DNA of 64,000 bases, taken from positions 608,001 through 672,000 of the forward strand of contig CAVWLP010000002.1 in assembly GCA_963755915.1 (NCBI GenBank), written 5' to 3'. The position numbers and the translations under genes are program-made. This document shows, in pieces, positions 44,126-54,096 of the stretch (the first letter of the stretch is position 1; the number at the start of each line of letters is the position of its first letter). Source of the DNA: an uncultured Phycisphaerales bacterium. Lineage in GTDB: Bacteria > Planctomycetota > Phycisphaerae > Tepidisphaerales > Tepidisphaeraceae. Below the pieces are notes generated by a model. The model searched no databases. It saw nothing but the letters and a program-made list of their open reading frames with translations, and was not told the origin of the DNA.

Positions 44126-45284
44126 CAGCTTAGAGCGGCCTCGTAAACTCCGCGGATCTGGCGGGCGATCACCGGCCAGTGAAATCTGCCGCGGGCGTAG
44201 CGTGCGCACGCGTCGCCGGCGGGCAAGACGCTGGGATTGAGGATCGCCTCCGAAATTGCATCCGCCAGCGCCCGCGCGTCGAAGCCGCGGGTCACCAGCC
44301 GGGAGTCCAGATCACGAACCACCTCCGGCAGCCCCCCCACCGGGGTTACCAGCACGGGCGTCCCCGCGGCCAGCGATTCGACGGCGGAAAGGCCGAAGCC
44401 TTCGAGCGATTGCGAAGGCATCACCGAAAAATCGGCCGCTCGATAAATCAGCGGCAACTTGTCGTCCGGGACGAAACCCAGCAGGCGAACATTCTTCTCA
44501 AGATTCAGCCGCGAGATCCGCGCCTGAAGCTGGTCCGCAAGCCTTCCCTTGCCCACCAGCACGCAAAGCGCCTCCGGCGCTGTTTCGTGAACCCGTTGCA
44601 TGGCGTCGATCAGGCTCTCCAGTCCCATCCGGCTCACCAGCCGGCGAACCGACAGAATGATCGGCCGATCGACCGGCAGATCAAACTCGCGTCGGGCATC
44701 GGCGCAGGTATCCGGACCACCGAGTCAAACCGCCCGAAATCCACGCCACCAGGAATCACATGCACGCGTTGCGAATCGATTCCATATTGCTGGCAGAGCA
44801 GATTCCGAAACGCCGCGGAAAGCGTGATGAACGCCACCGCGCGGCGGTAGACGCTGCGCTCGACCCAGCGCTTCATCCAGGTTGTCATCCGCGCCTCCCC
44901 CTCGCGGCGCGATTCGCCCGCCCACGGCCCATGAAAATGCACCACCATCCGCCGACCCTGCGCCACCAGCGCCTTCATGGCCGGATGGGCATACAGAGAA
45001 AAATGCGCCGAGACCAGACAGCGCTGGCCCAGCTCCGCCAGAATCTGCGCCGTGGCGTTTCGGCACGCGAACCAGCGTTTGACCAGGCTGTCTCCGCGGT
45101 TGGCGAAGGCACGGACCTGGCCATTCGATTCGGCCGCGACTCGACCCGTTCCGATCACCAGCCCCCGGCAATCGACGTTGACCCCCGGCAGCGCGCGGAG
45201 GAGCTCGTAATAATAGCGGTCCAGTCCGCCCGGATTCTCGGGAAACCAACCGGCGCCGATCTGTAATGTACTTAGAGATGTCAT
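44125..45284 (-). CDS. Glycosyltransferase family 4 (frameshift ~44640-44720)
   Basis: GWFPENPGGLDRY, HFHGPW, IPGGVD; second part RMGLE...LEGFGLSAVESLAAGTPV. Confidence 0.88.
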
Positions 45285-45300
45285 CGTGATGCCGCGGATT

Positions 45301-46650
45301 TCACGCGTTCAAGGTCGTCGGCTCTTTCTCGGCCGAAGTCGTGGGCCCTTCCAACGGGTCCGACGAAACGAGGTCACTCAAGGATTTCTGCGAGGTTGCC
45401 CTGTGGAGAAGGCCGATCAGTTCGTCGGCGATTTTTCCGGCGTCGAAGGCCGCCAGCGCCGCGTGGCGAGCCTGTTGGCGAAGCGTGGTCCTGTTTTGCA
45501 AAGCACGAGAGACGGCGTCGGCGACCGACTCTGCGCTGTACTGCCCGAATTGAACCCCGCCGTCGCCCATATAGTCGCCCGTTCCATTCGTGGGGCCCAA
45601 AACCACCGGTGTCCCGCATGCCAGCGCTTCGGCGATCGTTGACCCGAAATTCTCATCCTCGCTCGGTTGCACGACTACCGAAGCCGATTGAAGCAGCGCA
45701 ATGACCTGCTCGCGCGGAAGACTCGGAATATGCCGCAGCCGATGCGGGGAGGGGAATTGTTCCAGCAGCTTTGCGTATCCCGGGGTGAAATCGAATCCAC
45801 CGACGACCAGAACATCGGGATCGACACCGCTCCTTGTCAGCTCGCAGCAGGCATCGAGGAAAAGATCCAGCCGCTTGCGCGGAACCGTGCGGCCAATCCA
45901 GAGAATCGTCGGTCGGACGTCCGAGGCGCCTTCCTCCGCTGCCGGTGAAAACTGTTTGAGATCAACCGGATACGCCATCGCGTGGATCAACTGCGAGGGG
46001 ATTCCATAGCTCGAGAGAATTTTCCGCGACCATTCGCTGCCCACGATGAATAGATCGGTGCAATCGAAACGCGGAAGTCCCAGCGTTCCGCGATAAGCGG
46101 CGTATAGCCGCAGGGGCAGATAACTTCGCCATCCACACAACCGCAGAATCTGTTTTCTGTGTCGCACGACCGAGCTGGCATCGGTTTGGGGCGGTCCCTG
46201 CACCCAGCTCACGACCGGAATGTCGCCGATGCGTCCCCACGACCAGTCCCCGAGCCAAAGCTGCACGTCGTACGGACTTTCGACATGATGCCGGCGCATC
46301 GCGGCCAGGACTTTTGCCGCGAAGATGTGATGGGCGATCTGTCCCAGAAGATGCCGCAGGACCGTCCCGCCGCGCTTGGGGCAGCGGCGGATGATTCGGT
46401 CGGACGTCGGCGTTGGGACCTCGACGAACCGGTAATTGGGAAGCGACTCGAATTCGCGCGGGCGTACGAAAGACGTCTTATTGAAAAAATCGATCTGATG
46501 CCCGCGTTCCAGGAGCTGGCGGAGGATCAGGAACCCCGCGGTGGAAACGCTGCCGGCGCGCGGATCGGCGAAGCCGTAACAGGCGATGCGAAGCGGCGAA
46601 TTTCGTCGGTTGGTTGTCATGCGATTAAAGCGATGCCCCGGCCGGTTCAA
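45301..46650 (-). CDS. Glycosyltransferase family 4
   Basis: WIGRTVPRKRLD, PSEDENFGSTIAEALACGTPV. Confidence 0.88.
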   Translation of the reverse strand: MNRPGHRFNRMTTNRRNSPLRIACYGFADPRAGSVSTAGFLILRQLLERGHQIDFFNKTSFVRPREFESLPNYRFVEVPTPTSDRIIRRCPKRGGTVLRHLLGQIAHHIFAAKVLAAMRRHHVESPYDVQLWLGDWSWGRIGDIPVVSWVQGPPQTDASSVVRHRKQILRLCGWRSYLPLRLYAAYRGTLGLPRFDCTDLFIVGSEWSRKILSSYGIPSQLIHAMAYPVDLKQFSPAAEEGASDVRPTILWIGRTVPRKRLDLFLDACCELTRSGVDPDVLVVGGFDFTPGYAKLLEQFPSPHRLRHIPSLPREQVIALLQSASVVVQPSEDENFGSTIAEALACGTPVVLGPTNGTGDYMGDGGVQFGQYSAESVADAVSRALQNRTTLRQQARHAALAAFDAGKIADELIGLLHRATSQKSLSDLVSSDPLEGPTTSAEKEPTTLNA

Positions 46651-47792
46651 GCGCCGGCGCCTCGTTTTGTTCCGCCGCGCCGGCGCGCGGGAATTTCATC
46701 GGCAAGGCCCAGAATATCTCGAATGAATTCGGTGACGCGCCGGACCTGACGATCGCGATCGAATTCCTGCATCGCCGTGGGAATCGCCCGCTGTTTCTCG
46801 GCGATTTGGGTCCGGTCCATTCGGGCCATCAGCCGGGAAAGTTGCTGGATAAACTGCTCTTCCCAGGGCGTGCGTCCGGCCAGCCGCCAGAGCCAGCCGT
46901 CGTCCAGGTCGTACGCCATCGGAATCCGTCCGGTGATCACCGGTAATCCGGCGGCCAGGTATTCGCTGAGCTTCGTCGTGTAACGGAAACTGCCGACGCC
47001 ATCGACGCTTTGCGGGAGGCTTGCGACATCGAACGCCGCCAGATGATCCGCCACCTGAGAGCCCGGCACTTCGCCGAGGAGGAAAATATCTTTTCCGAGG
47101 CGATCGGCGGCGATTTCGCGCAACCGATCCAAACCGCACCCGCCGCCAACAACAACGACCGCGACTCGCCGCGAGGGCGATAGTTGCAGAATCGCCCTCA
47201 CCAGTTCCGAGCCATAGCAGTAAGCAAGGCGGCGATTCCAGACCAGCGATCCCAGAAGCCCGAAGACAATCGTTTCGTCGTCGATGCCCAGACGTCCGCG
47301 CAACCTGGCCCGCGCTTCGGCGCGATGCGCCGGATCACTCGGCGGCCCCCAGCCCGCGGCAGTCATCGCGCACGGCGCACCCAGCGTCAGCGCCCGTCCT
47401 GCAAGGTACGGCGTCCATCCAATGAATCCGGACGACAACCGGCAGAGCATCCGCTCGTATATCGCAAATGCCGGCCCCAGCACCGGCCGAATCGCGGCCA
47501 CGAACCGCGCGACCGCATCACCGCTGCTGACCACGAATCGCGTTCCTAGCAGGATTCGCGCCAGCAGAACCGGCACGCCGCCCGCAACCCCGGTCCCTTC
47601 CATCACCACCAGGTCGGGCCGCTCACGCCAAAGCGTTTTGAGAAACTCGACGGCGCTCCTGCGTTTATTCGCCTTATCAAATCGCACAAATTCCGCGCCC
47701 ACCGCGCTCATTAGCGTGCGCAAGCGATCCTCTTCGTTGGTGCCCGTCCCCTTGGTGGCGAGAGCCAGGATTTTTGGACGCCCGCTCAGCAT
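46647..47792 (-). CDS. Glycosyltransferase (GT-B, family 4-like)
   Basis: Likely start MLSGRPKILALAT; PDLVVMEGTG, FDVASLPQ...TTKLSEYLAAGLPV. Confidence 0.85.
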   Translation of the reverse strand: MLSGRPKILALATKGTGTNEEDRLRTLMSAVGAEFVRFDKANKRRSAVEFLKTLWRERPDLVVMEGTGVAGGVPVLLARILLGTRFVVSSGDAVARFVAAIRPVLGPAFAIYERMLCRLSSGFIGWTPYLAGRALTLGAPCAMTAAGWGPPSDPAHRAEARARLRGRLGIDDETIVFGLLGSLVWNRRLAYCYGSELVRAILQLSPSRRVAVVVVGGGCGLDRLREIAADRLGKDIFLLGEVPGSQVADHLAAFDVASLPQSVDGVGSFRYTTKLSEYLAAGLPVITGRIPMAYDLDDGWLWRLAGRTPWEEQFIQQLSRLMARMDRTQIAEKQRAIPTAMQEFDRDRQVRRVTEFIRDILGLADEIPARRRGGTKRGAGA

Positions 47793-48988
47793 GCCAGCGC
47801 CTCGGAATTCGATTCCGCCGGCTCGGCTTGGCCCAGCGGGGAAACTTCGCGCGGGCGATTCTTCGCCGCCGCCGCGAAAAGCTCCAGGTACGCCCGCGAC
47901 ATCGACTCCCACGAATATCGTTCCGCGATCCCCCGTGCGGCGATCCCCGCCGCGCGGCGCTGCTGTGGAGATTGAATCAATTTCCGCAGCGCCGCCGCAA
48001 GTGCTCGAAAATCATTCGGGTCTTCCAAGATTTGCGCCGCGGCGGAATCGAGCACCTCGCATCCGCCGGCGCTGCGAGCCGTGATGATCGGTACGCCGGA
48101 CGCGGCCGCCTCGAGCAGCACGAGCGTTCCGGCCTCATATCGGGATGGAAACACAAACATGTCGCACGCCCGCATGAACTGGGAGACGTTTGTCCGGAAC
48201 CCCATGAAATGCGCCCGCTCGGCAACCTGTAGCGTTGTCGCCATCGCCGGAAACGGGCTATTTCTCTCGGCCCCCAGAATCGCCAAATGAAGCCCGGGCA
48301 CGAGAACCAGCGCCTTCAGCACGGTATCCAAATTCTTGCGCGGGGTGCGGATGTCCCCGACGAACAGTGCCAGCGGAACATCCGCCTTTAGCCCCAGTTC
48401 ACTGCGCAACTGCGAATTCGATTCAATCTGCGGCGTGAATTCGTTGAGGTCTACGCCGTTGTAAATCACGCGTATCCGCTCGCCCGGAACTCCGATCGAA
48501 ATCAGCTCCTCCCGAATCTTCTCCGACGGGGCTACGACCATTCCCGCGTTGCGATAGGCCCGTTTTTCCCAGCTCGTGTTCAGCCGCGAATAGAGATATT
48601 GATACCAGCCATACGGCCCCCTCTCGAACCGCGACGTATGCACCGGCGACTTGATCCACGCTCCATGCACGAACTGGCAGAGATTTACATCATGCGGCAC
48701 GTCCAGCGTGAAGCCGGCACCGACAATCACATCCGCCTCGTGCCCGCGTTCGGCAATCACACGATTTGCCGACCTTGCGAAAACGCGCACGCCGAGCACG
48801 TTTGGCCGGTGTGGATGCTGCGCGACATACGTCCATTTCGCGCCGTCCGAGATCAATTCCGGCGCAACCTGGTCGGCGATCAACTCCACGCTGTGCCCAC
48901 TGCGTACCGCGTGGCGGACGATCTCGTAATTGATCCGCCCCTGGCCATTCCCGCGGATGAAATTGTGAGCGACAAATTGAATCTTCAT
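47786..48988 (-). CDS. Glycosyltransferase family 4
   Basis: GNGQGRIN, IYNGVD, PRKNLD, FPSRYEAGTLVLLEAAASG. Confidence 0.9.
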   Translation of the reverse strand: MKIQFVAHNFIRGNGQGRINYEIVRHAVRSGHSVELIADQVAPELISDGAKWTYVAQHPHRPNVLGVRVFARSANRVIAERGHEADVIVGAGFTLDVPHDVNLCQFVHGAWIKSPVHTSRFERGPYGWYQYLYSRLNTSWEKRAYRNAGMVVAPSEKIREELISIGVPGERIRVIYNGVDLNEFTPQIESNSQLRSELGLKADVPLALFVGDIRTPRKNLDTVLKALVLVPGLHLAILGAERNSPFPAMATTLQVAERAHFMGFRTNVSQFMRACDMFVFPSRYEAGTLVLLEAAASGVPIITARSAGGCEVLDSAAAQILEDPNDFRALAAALRKLIQSPQQRRAAGIAARGIAERYSWESMSRAYLELFAAAAKNRPREVSPLGQAEPAESNSEALAC

Positions 48989-49005
48989 CGATGAATCAGT
49001 CCGTT

Positions 49006-50456
49006 TCAGGTTGCCGCCAGTTGGGGACCAGCGTTGTCTTCCCCCTCCGGCTCCTGCTGCTCTTCGGGCTCCTCAATTTCGTCGCTCATTACGCTGGCCG
49101 CATGACGCTCGGAATCCGCCGTCAGGCAAACGCCAAACAGGGCCGCGTTGATCAGGAAAACGTCCATCCCCTCCTGATTGGAGAAGATCGGAAAGACGAA
49201 CGTGGCCGCCGTGGCGGCAAGCGTGTAACCGAAGACCACCCCCGCCCAGCAACCGAGATCTCCATCGCGCTGCCACAGCGCATGCGCCAGCGCCGTTCGC
49301 ATGAGTACCAGCAGCAATGCAATGTAAAGCAGGATCAGCGGAATGCCGCCGTCATAAAGCAGCGACTGCCACATCATCTCTGCCCAGAGGGGGTCGGTGC
49401 CGTTCCCGAAATAGTGGCACATCATTCCCCATCGCCCCAGGCCGGCACCAGGGGGTATTCATGCGTCGCGTCGTGAATCACATCTTCAAGGAACCCGCCG
49501 CGGTTGGCGTAAAAAACGGTCGTGGGATCCGAGGCGATGAGGGTGAGAAACCGATCGACCGTCGATTGGCCGCCGATATTGAACGCCGCCGTCGCCCCAA
49601 CCAGCACCACGCCGAACGCGATCCCAAGAAACAGGCTCGCCCGTCCATAGGACCTTCGAAAGAGCAGCACCATCACCAGCGCCACTGTGGCGATGCCCGC
49701 GATGATGAGGTTCGTGCGCATCTGGCAAATGAAGATGCAGAAGAGCCCCGCGACCATGCCGCAAACCGACGCGACGCGGATAAACGTGCTGCGGCTTGTC
49801 AGCAGCAGCCCGGTGCCGAGGATGATCGAATAGACGCCGCCCGTTGACGCTCCGCCGGGAACGTCGGTGAGCCCCTTGGGCCGGATGACTTTCGTCCCAT
49901 CCGCCAGCACGAAAATGTGGGGCATCAGGGATTGATCGTCGTAATTCGCCGACAGGGCTCCGTCGAATTTTCCGGGATACTGCACTTGCAGCACGCCCAT
50001 CACCGCGCTGGCCGTATAGAAGAGCCACATCACCAGCATGAGCTGTTGAAAAGTTCGCCGGGTAATTTGGAGCTTTCCGACCCAGATCAGCGGCGCAAGG
50101 ATCGAAAAGTACAGACCAATCTGCGCAACCCGGGCGACCATCGCATTGCCGTTTGGATTGATCAGCGAGATCGCCAGCACCGCAAGGATATATTGAATCA
50201 GCTTCGTCGCTGGATGGGCCTCCCCATTGCCGCGGATCAGCATTGCGAAGACCAGGCTGATGAGATACATCCCGACGCGGAGGGGCAGCCGCAGCGCGGT
50301 GTCCCCGGCGGTGAACAGTCCCAGCTCAAAGAGAAAGCTGGTGATCACGAAGACCAGCAGCCAGCGATCGCCCAATCTGCCGCCCGACTCGGACGTGCGC
50401 GCGGATTGTCCCTCCTCCTGGCGAGCGAGGGTCGGATTGGCCAGACTCATCGTCAT
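49006..50456 (-). CDS. Wzy polymerase / O-antigen-ligase-like membrane protein (frameshift ~49440)
   Basis: About 11-12 TM segments, periplasmic loops with RPKG, CQMRT and DRF. The frameshift falls in the expected PxGAGLG motif; continues as WAEMMW...DGG. Confidence 0.65.
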
Positions 50457-53256
50457 TGGATCAGCTCAGGCTGCTCCTTCCGTGCCTTCTGCTTAGCGGC
50501 CCCCGACATCTCCATGGTTGCGATCGCCGCTTCGGTCATCTCCCCATCCGACAACCCGAACATGCTGTTGCGGTTGCTCTCCAGCCGCTGGACGAGGAAA
50601 TCGGTCCACTCTTTGCGGGTGACGCCGGCAAATTTCTCGCGGAAACGAGCGATCGAAAATCGCTCCGCGTTGGCGCGGATCGCCTTGGGATCCCACTGCC
50701 GCCCCTCGAAGTCTTCGATTGCCTCCATCAGGGCTTCGGCCGTCTGATCCTTGAACAGAAGCCCCGTGACTCCGTGGATCACGCTTTCCGTCACACCGCC
50801 GCGACCGTATGCGATGACCGGCGTTCCGCAGGCCTGTGCCTCCACTGGTGTGATGCCAAAATCTTCTTCGGCCGCAAAAACAAACGCCCGCGCCCGCTGC
50901 ATATATTGCCGCAGCCGGTCCGGCGTCTGATATCCCAGGAGCCGAACATTCGGTGAGATGTTGGCGCGGTATTTCTCCAACTCTGGCCCTTCGCCGATCA
51001 CCAGCAGCCGCCGGTTCGGCATCCTCTTGAAGGCCTCGATTGCCAGATCGATCCGCTTATAGGGAACCAGGCGTGAAGCCGTCAGATAAAAATCTTCCTT
51101 CTCCTCGCAAAGCGTGAACCGTTCGGTATCCACGGGCGGATAGACCGTTGTCGTAAATCGCCGGTAGAGCTTCCGCACGCGCCTGCCCACAAAATCTGAA
51201 TTGGTCACAAACACGTCCACCCCGTGGGCCGAGCGGATGTCCCAGTTGCGGATGTAATGCAGCAGCACCCGCGCCAGCGCGGTTTTCACCGTCGAAAGCA
51301 ATCCGCCTTCGGACTTATTCAGATACTGGTTTTGCAAATCCCATGCGAACCGCACGGGCGTGTGGCAATAGCAGATGTGAAGCTGGTCGGGCCGGGTCAG
51401 CACGCCCTTGGCCACCAGATACGAACTGGAAATCACGATGTCGTAGCCGGAAATATCGACCTGCTCGATTGCCAGCGGCATCAGCGGCAAATAAGCGCGG
51501 TGGTGCTTGCGCCGCCACGGCATGCGCTGGATGAACGTCGACTGCACCGGCTTGTTGCGGATAAACCCGCGAAGGTGCTCCGGCAGGAAATCAAACAGTG
51601 CAAACAAATCGGCATGCGGAAACAGCGCGATGAGCTGCTCGAGCACCCGCTCCGCGCCGGCGTAGGTGTAGAGAAAATCATGCACGATCGCCACGCGCAG
51701 CTTCGAGAAGACTTCCCCGATTTCGTCGGGAACCGCAACGTCCGGGGCGTGATGAACGACACTTCCACCGGCACTGACGCTTTCCCGGCCCGGCCCGCTG
51801 TCGGGAAGATGCGCCAGACTCGACTCTCCCATCAGCCGCGAAAACAGAGCAATCCGCTGACCGGAAGTCTCCAGGAACTCCCCACCGGAAGCTTCCACAT
51901 AAATCCGCAGCGTCTCCCCGCTGCGGCGCTGGGGAATGGGAATTTCGGCGGTAATCGAATCCGCCTCGGCGATCTCAGTATCCCCTCTCCGCCAGCGCAT
52001 GGTCGTTTTCGATGCATCGCGCCTGGTCAGCGGCATGCTCACCTGGGCGAAATCGAGCTCGTCCGCCGCCTTGCAGACGTGCTGCCACCACGAATCGAAC
52101 GTCATGGCTTCGCGGAATGCCACCTGGAGCGACGCAAAGACTGTCTGATACCGCCTCGCCTCGCGGCGAATCGCATTGTTCCGTCGCACCGCGCTGAGCG
52201 TCTGGCGTGCCTGCACGGAACCGGCCACGCGGAACATGATGCACAAAAGCGAGATGTAGCCCAACGACGCCAGAACGGTCGCCCAGGCATTTCCGATCAT
52301 GCCGAACAGATCCACGCCTGCCGCGGCCAGCGTGACGAGATAAAGCACCAGCACCGCCTGGCGGGGCGCCAGTCCAACATCAAGGAGCCGATGATGAATG
52401 TGCCCCTTCTCCGCGGCAAAAATCGATTGCCTCTGAAGAATCGCCCGCCGCACGAAGGTCAGCAGCGTATCCAGCAGGGGCACGGAAAGGGCAAGGGCCG
52501 GGAAGATCAGGCTGCGCGTCGTCCCAATGGCGTGGTTCGACATCGCGCACGCCCCGGCCAGCAGGAAGCCGATGAACATGCTTCCGCAGTCCCCCATGAA
52601 CACCTTGGCCGGATTCGAATTGAAGACCAGGAACCCCAGCAGCGCTCCGACGAGCGAAATGGCCAGCAGCACGGTCACCGGCGCACCGCCCACGGCCGCC
52701 CCCAGCGCCAAAACGCCGGCGGCGATCGCCACAATTCCGCTCGCAAGCCCGTCGAGGCCGTCAACAAAATTCACCGCCACGGTGACGCCGACGAGCCAGA
52801 GCATCGTCAGGGGCCAGGCAAACGGCCCCAGGTTCAGCACCACCGTTCCGTCGATGACGATCTGCCGCACGGCGCCCCCGCCGCGCAGAAGAGTGCCGAA
52901 ACCGCCAGCAGGACGCACAGCTTGTATTTCGCCGAAACATTGATGATGTCGTCGACCAGCCCGAGCAGAAAAACGCAGATCGCCGCCGCGATCAGGGTGA
53001 TGGTGGTGTTGAAGGGGATCACCGCCGGCCGGCTGGAAACGTAGAGGCTGGCGAAAATCACGAACGAAATGATCGAAGCCTGGGCGATCGCGACGCCCCC
53101 GATTCGCGGAACCGGGGTGCGGTGCACCTTTCGCACCCCCGGCTCATCCACCAGCCCAAACGCCCCGGCCAGCCGAATGCCAAGCGGGGTCAGGGCCAGC
53201 ACCAGCGCGAGGGATCCCCCAAAAGTTAAAATGGCATAGGCAAGTAATGGTGACAT
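50453..53256 (-). CDS. WecA/MraY-family initiating phosphotransferase fused to a GT4 glycosyltransferase (frameshift ~52880)
   Basis: DEPGVRKVH...PRIGG, GLVDD, NFVDGLDGLA, FNSNPAKVFMGDCG, HIHHRL. Then in frame: RVAIVHDFL..YAGAERVL, YCHTP, SRLVPYKR, EEDFGITPVEAQACG. Confidence 0.85.
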
Positions 53257-53341
53257 GAGATCTGTACTCCTTTATCGAAGCTCCAACCGGGATATGAGTT
53301 GAAAAGATGACGCAGGCCTGGGACGGCCGAATCTCTGGGCC

Positions 53342-53890
53342 CTAGGACAGGCTCTCGAGATTTTCAGGGGCGATTTCCAAACTCGCCCCCTGTCCCAGCA
53401 TGCGAATCTGCAAGACAAGGCGCGTCGAAGCGTCCTTGCGAATGACCACGCCTTCAATGCCCCGCAAGGGGCCCCGGACGACGCGGCAGAACGTGCCTAC
53501 CGCGATCGATGGATACGGATCCAGTTTCGTGCCAGACTGGATCGTAAATCGAATTGCCTCCAGCTCGACGAGGAACCGCTCCTTCTGCCGAACCGGAAAT
53601 ACGTGTGCCACCCGGTTCGTGCGCAGGGCCGCCTGGCGGTCCTCCGCATCCCCGGCAAAAAAGACATAAGACTGGAAAAGAGGTGAAAGCACTTTGCGCC
53701 GGCGGCCCCCCCAGACCATCACGCGCTCGTGCATGGGAAGATAGTAGGCGATTTTCTGCGCCAGCAGCTCCCGCACGAATGACTTTTCCGCGCGCGACCG
53801 CGTGTGCGCAACCCACCACTCGCCGGCGATCTCGCTCAGTGAGCCGATCCATTCCGGAATCATGGGTGGATTTTCTTCAAGTAACAGCAT
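53342..53890 (-). CDS. NusG-paralogue transcription antiterminator (UpxY/LoaP/RfaH-like)
   Basis: NGN domain WWVAHTRSRAEK...YYLP...PLFQSYVF; KOW motif VGTFCRVVRGPLRGIEG. Confidence 0.88.
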   Translation of the reverse strand: MLLLEENPPMIPEWIGSLSEIAGEWWVAHTRSRAEKSFVRELLAQKIAYYLPMHERVMVWGGRRRKVLSPLFQSYVFFAGDAEDRQAALRTNRVAHVFPVRQKERFLVELEAIRFTIQSGTKLDPYPSIAVGTFCRVVRGPLRGIEGVVIRKDASTRLVLQIRMLGQGASLEIAPENLESLS

Positions 53891-54096
53891 GAGTTTTTTC
53901 GATTCAGTATCGGGGGGTCGGTTCGGACTTCGTCCCCGTCGGCGCACCGGCCGTTTTTCTAGCGATAGGATTCACTCAATCGCTCCGCGGGAGCCGACGC
54001 TGGTCGGCGGACGCATCGCGCTCACCCACGCGGGTTTCCGCGCCCTGGGCGCGAAGCTTTTACATCATCGCCGCTGCATTCGATTCGCCCGATGGA

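Noticed and set aside
51224-53044. Long antisense ORFs (e.g. 606 aa here, and many others in the track)
   Set aside because: These are shadow ORFs opposite well-supported genes, as expected in high-GC DNA.
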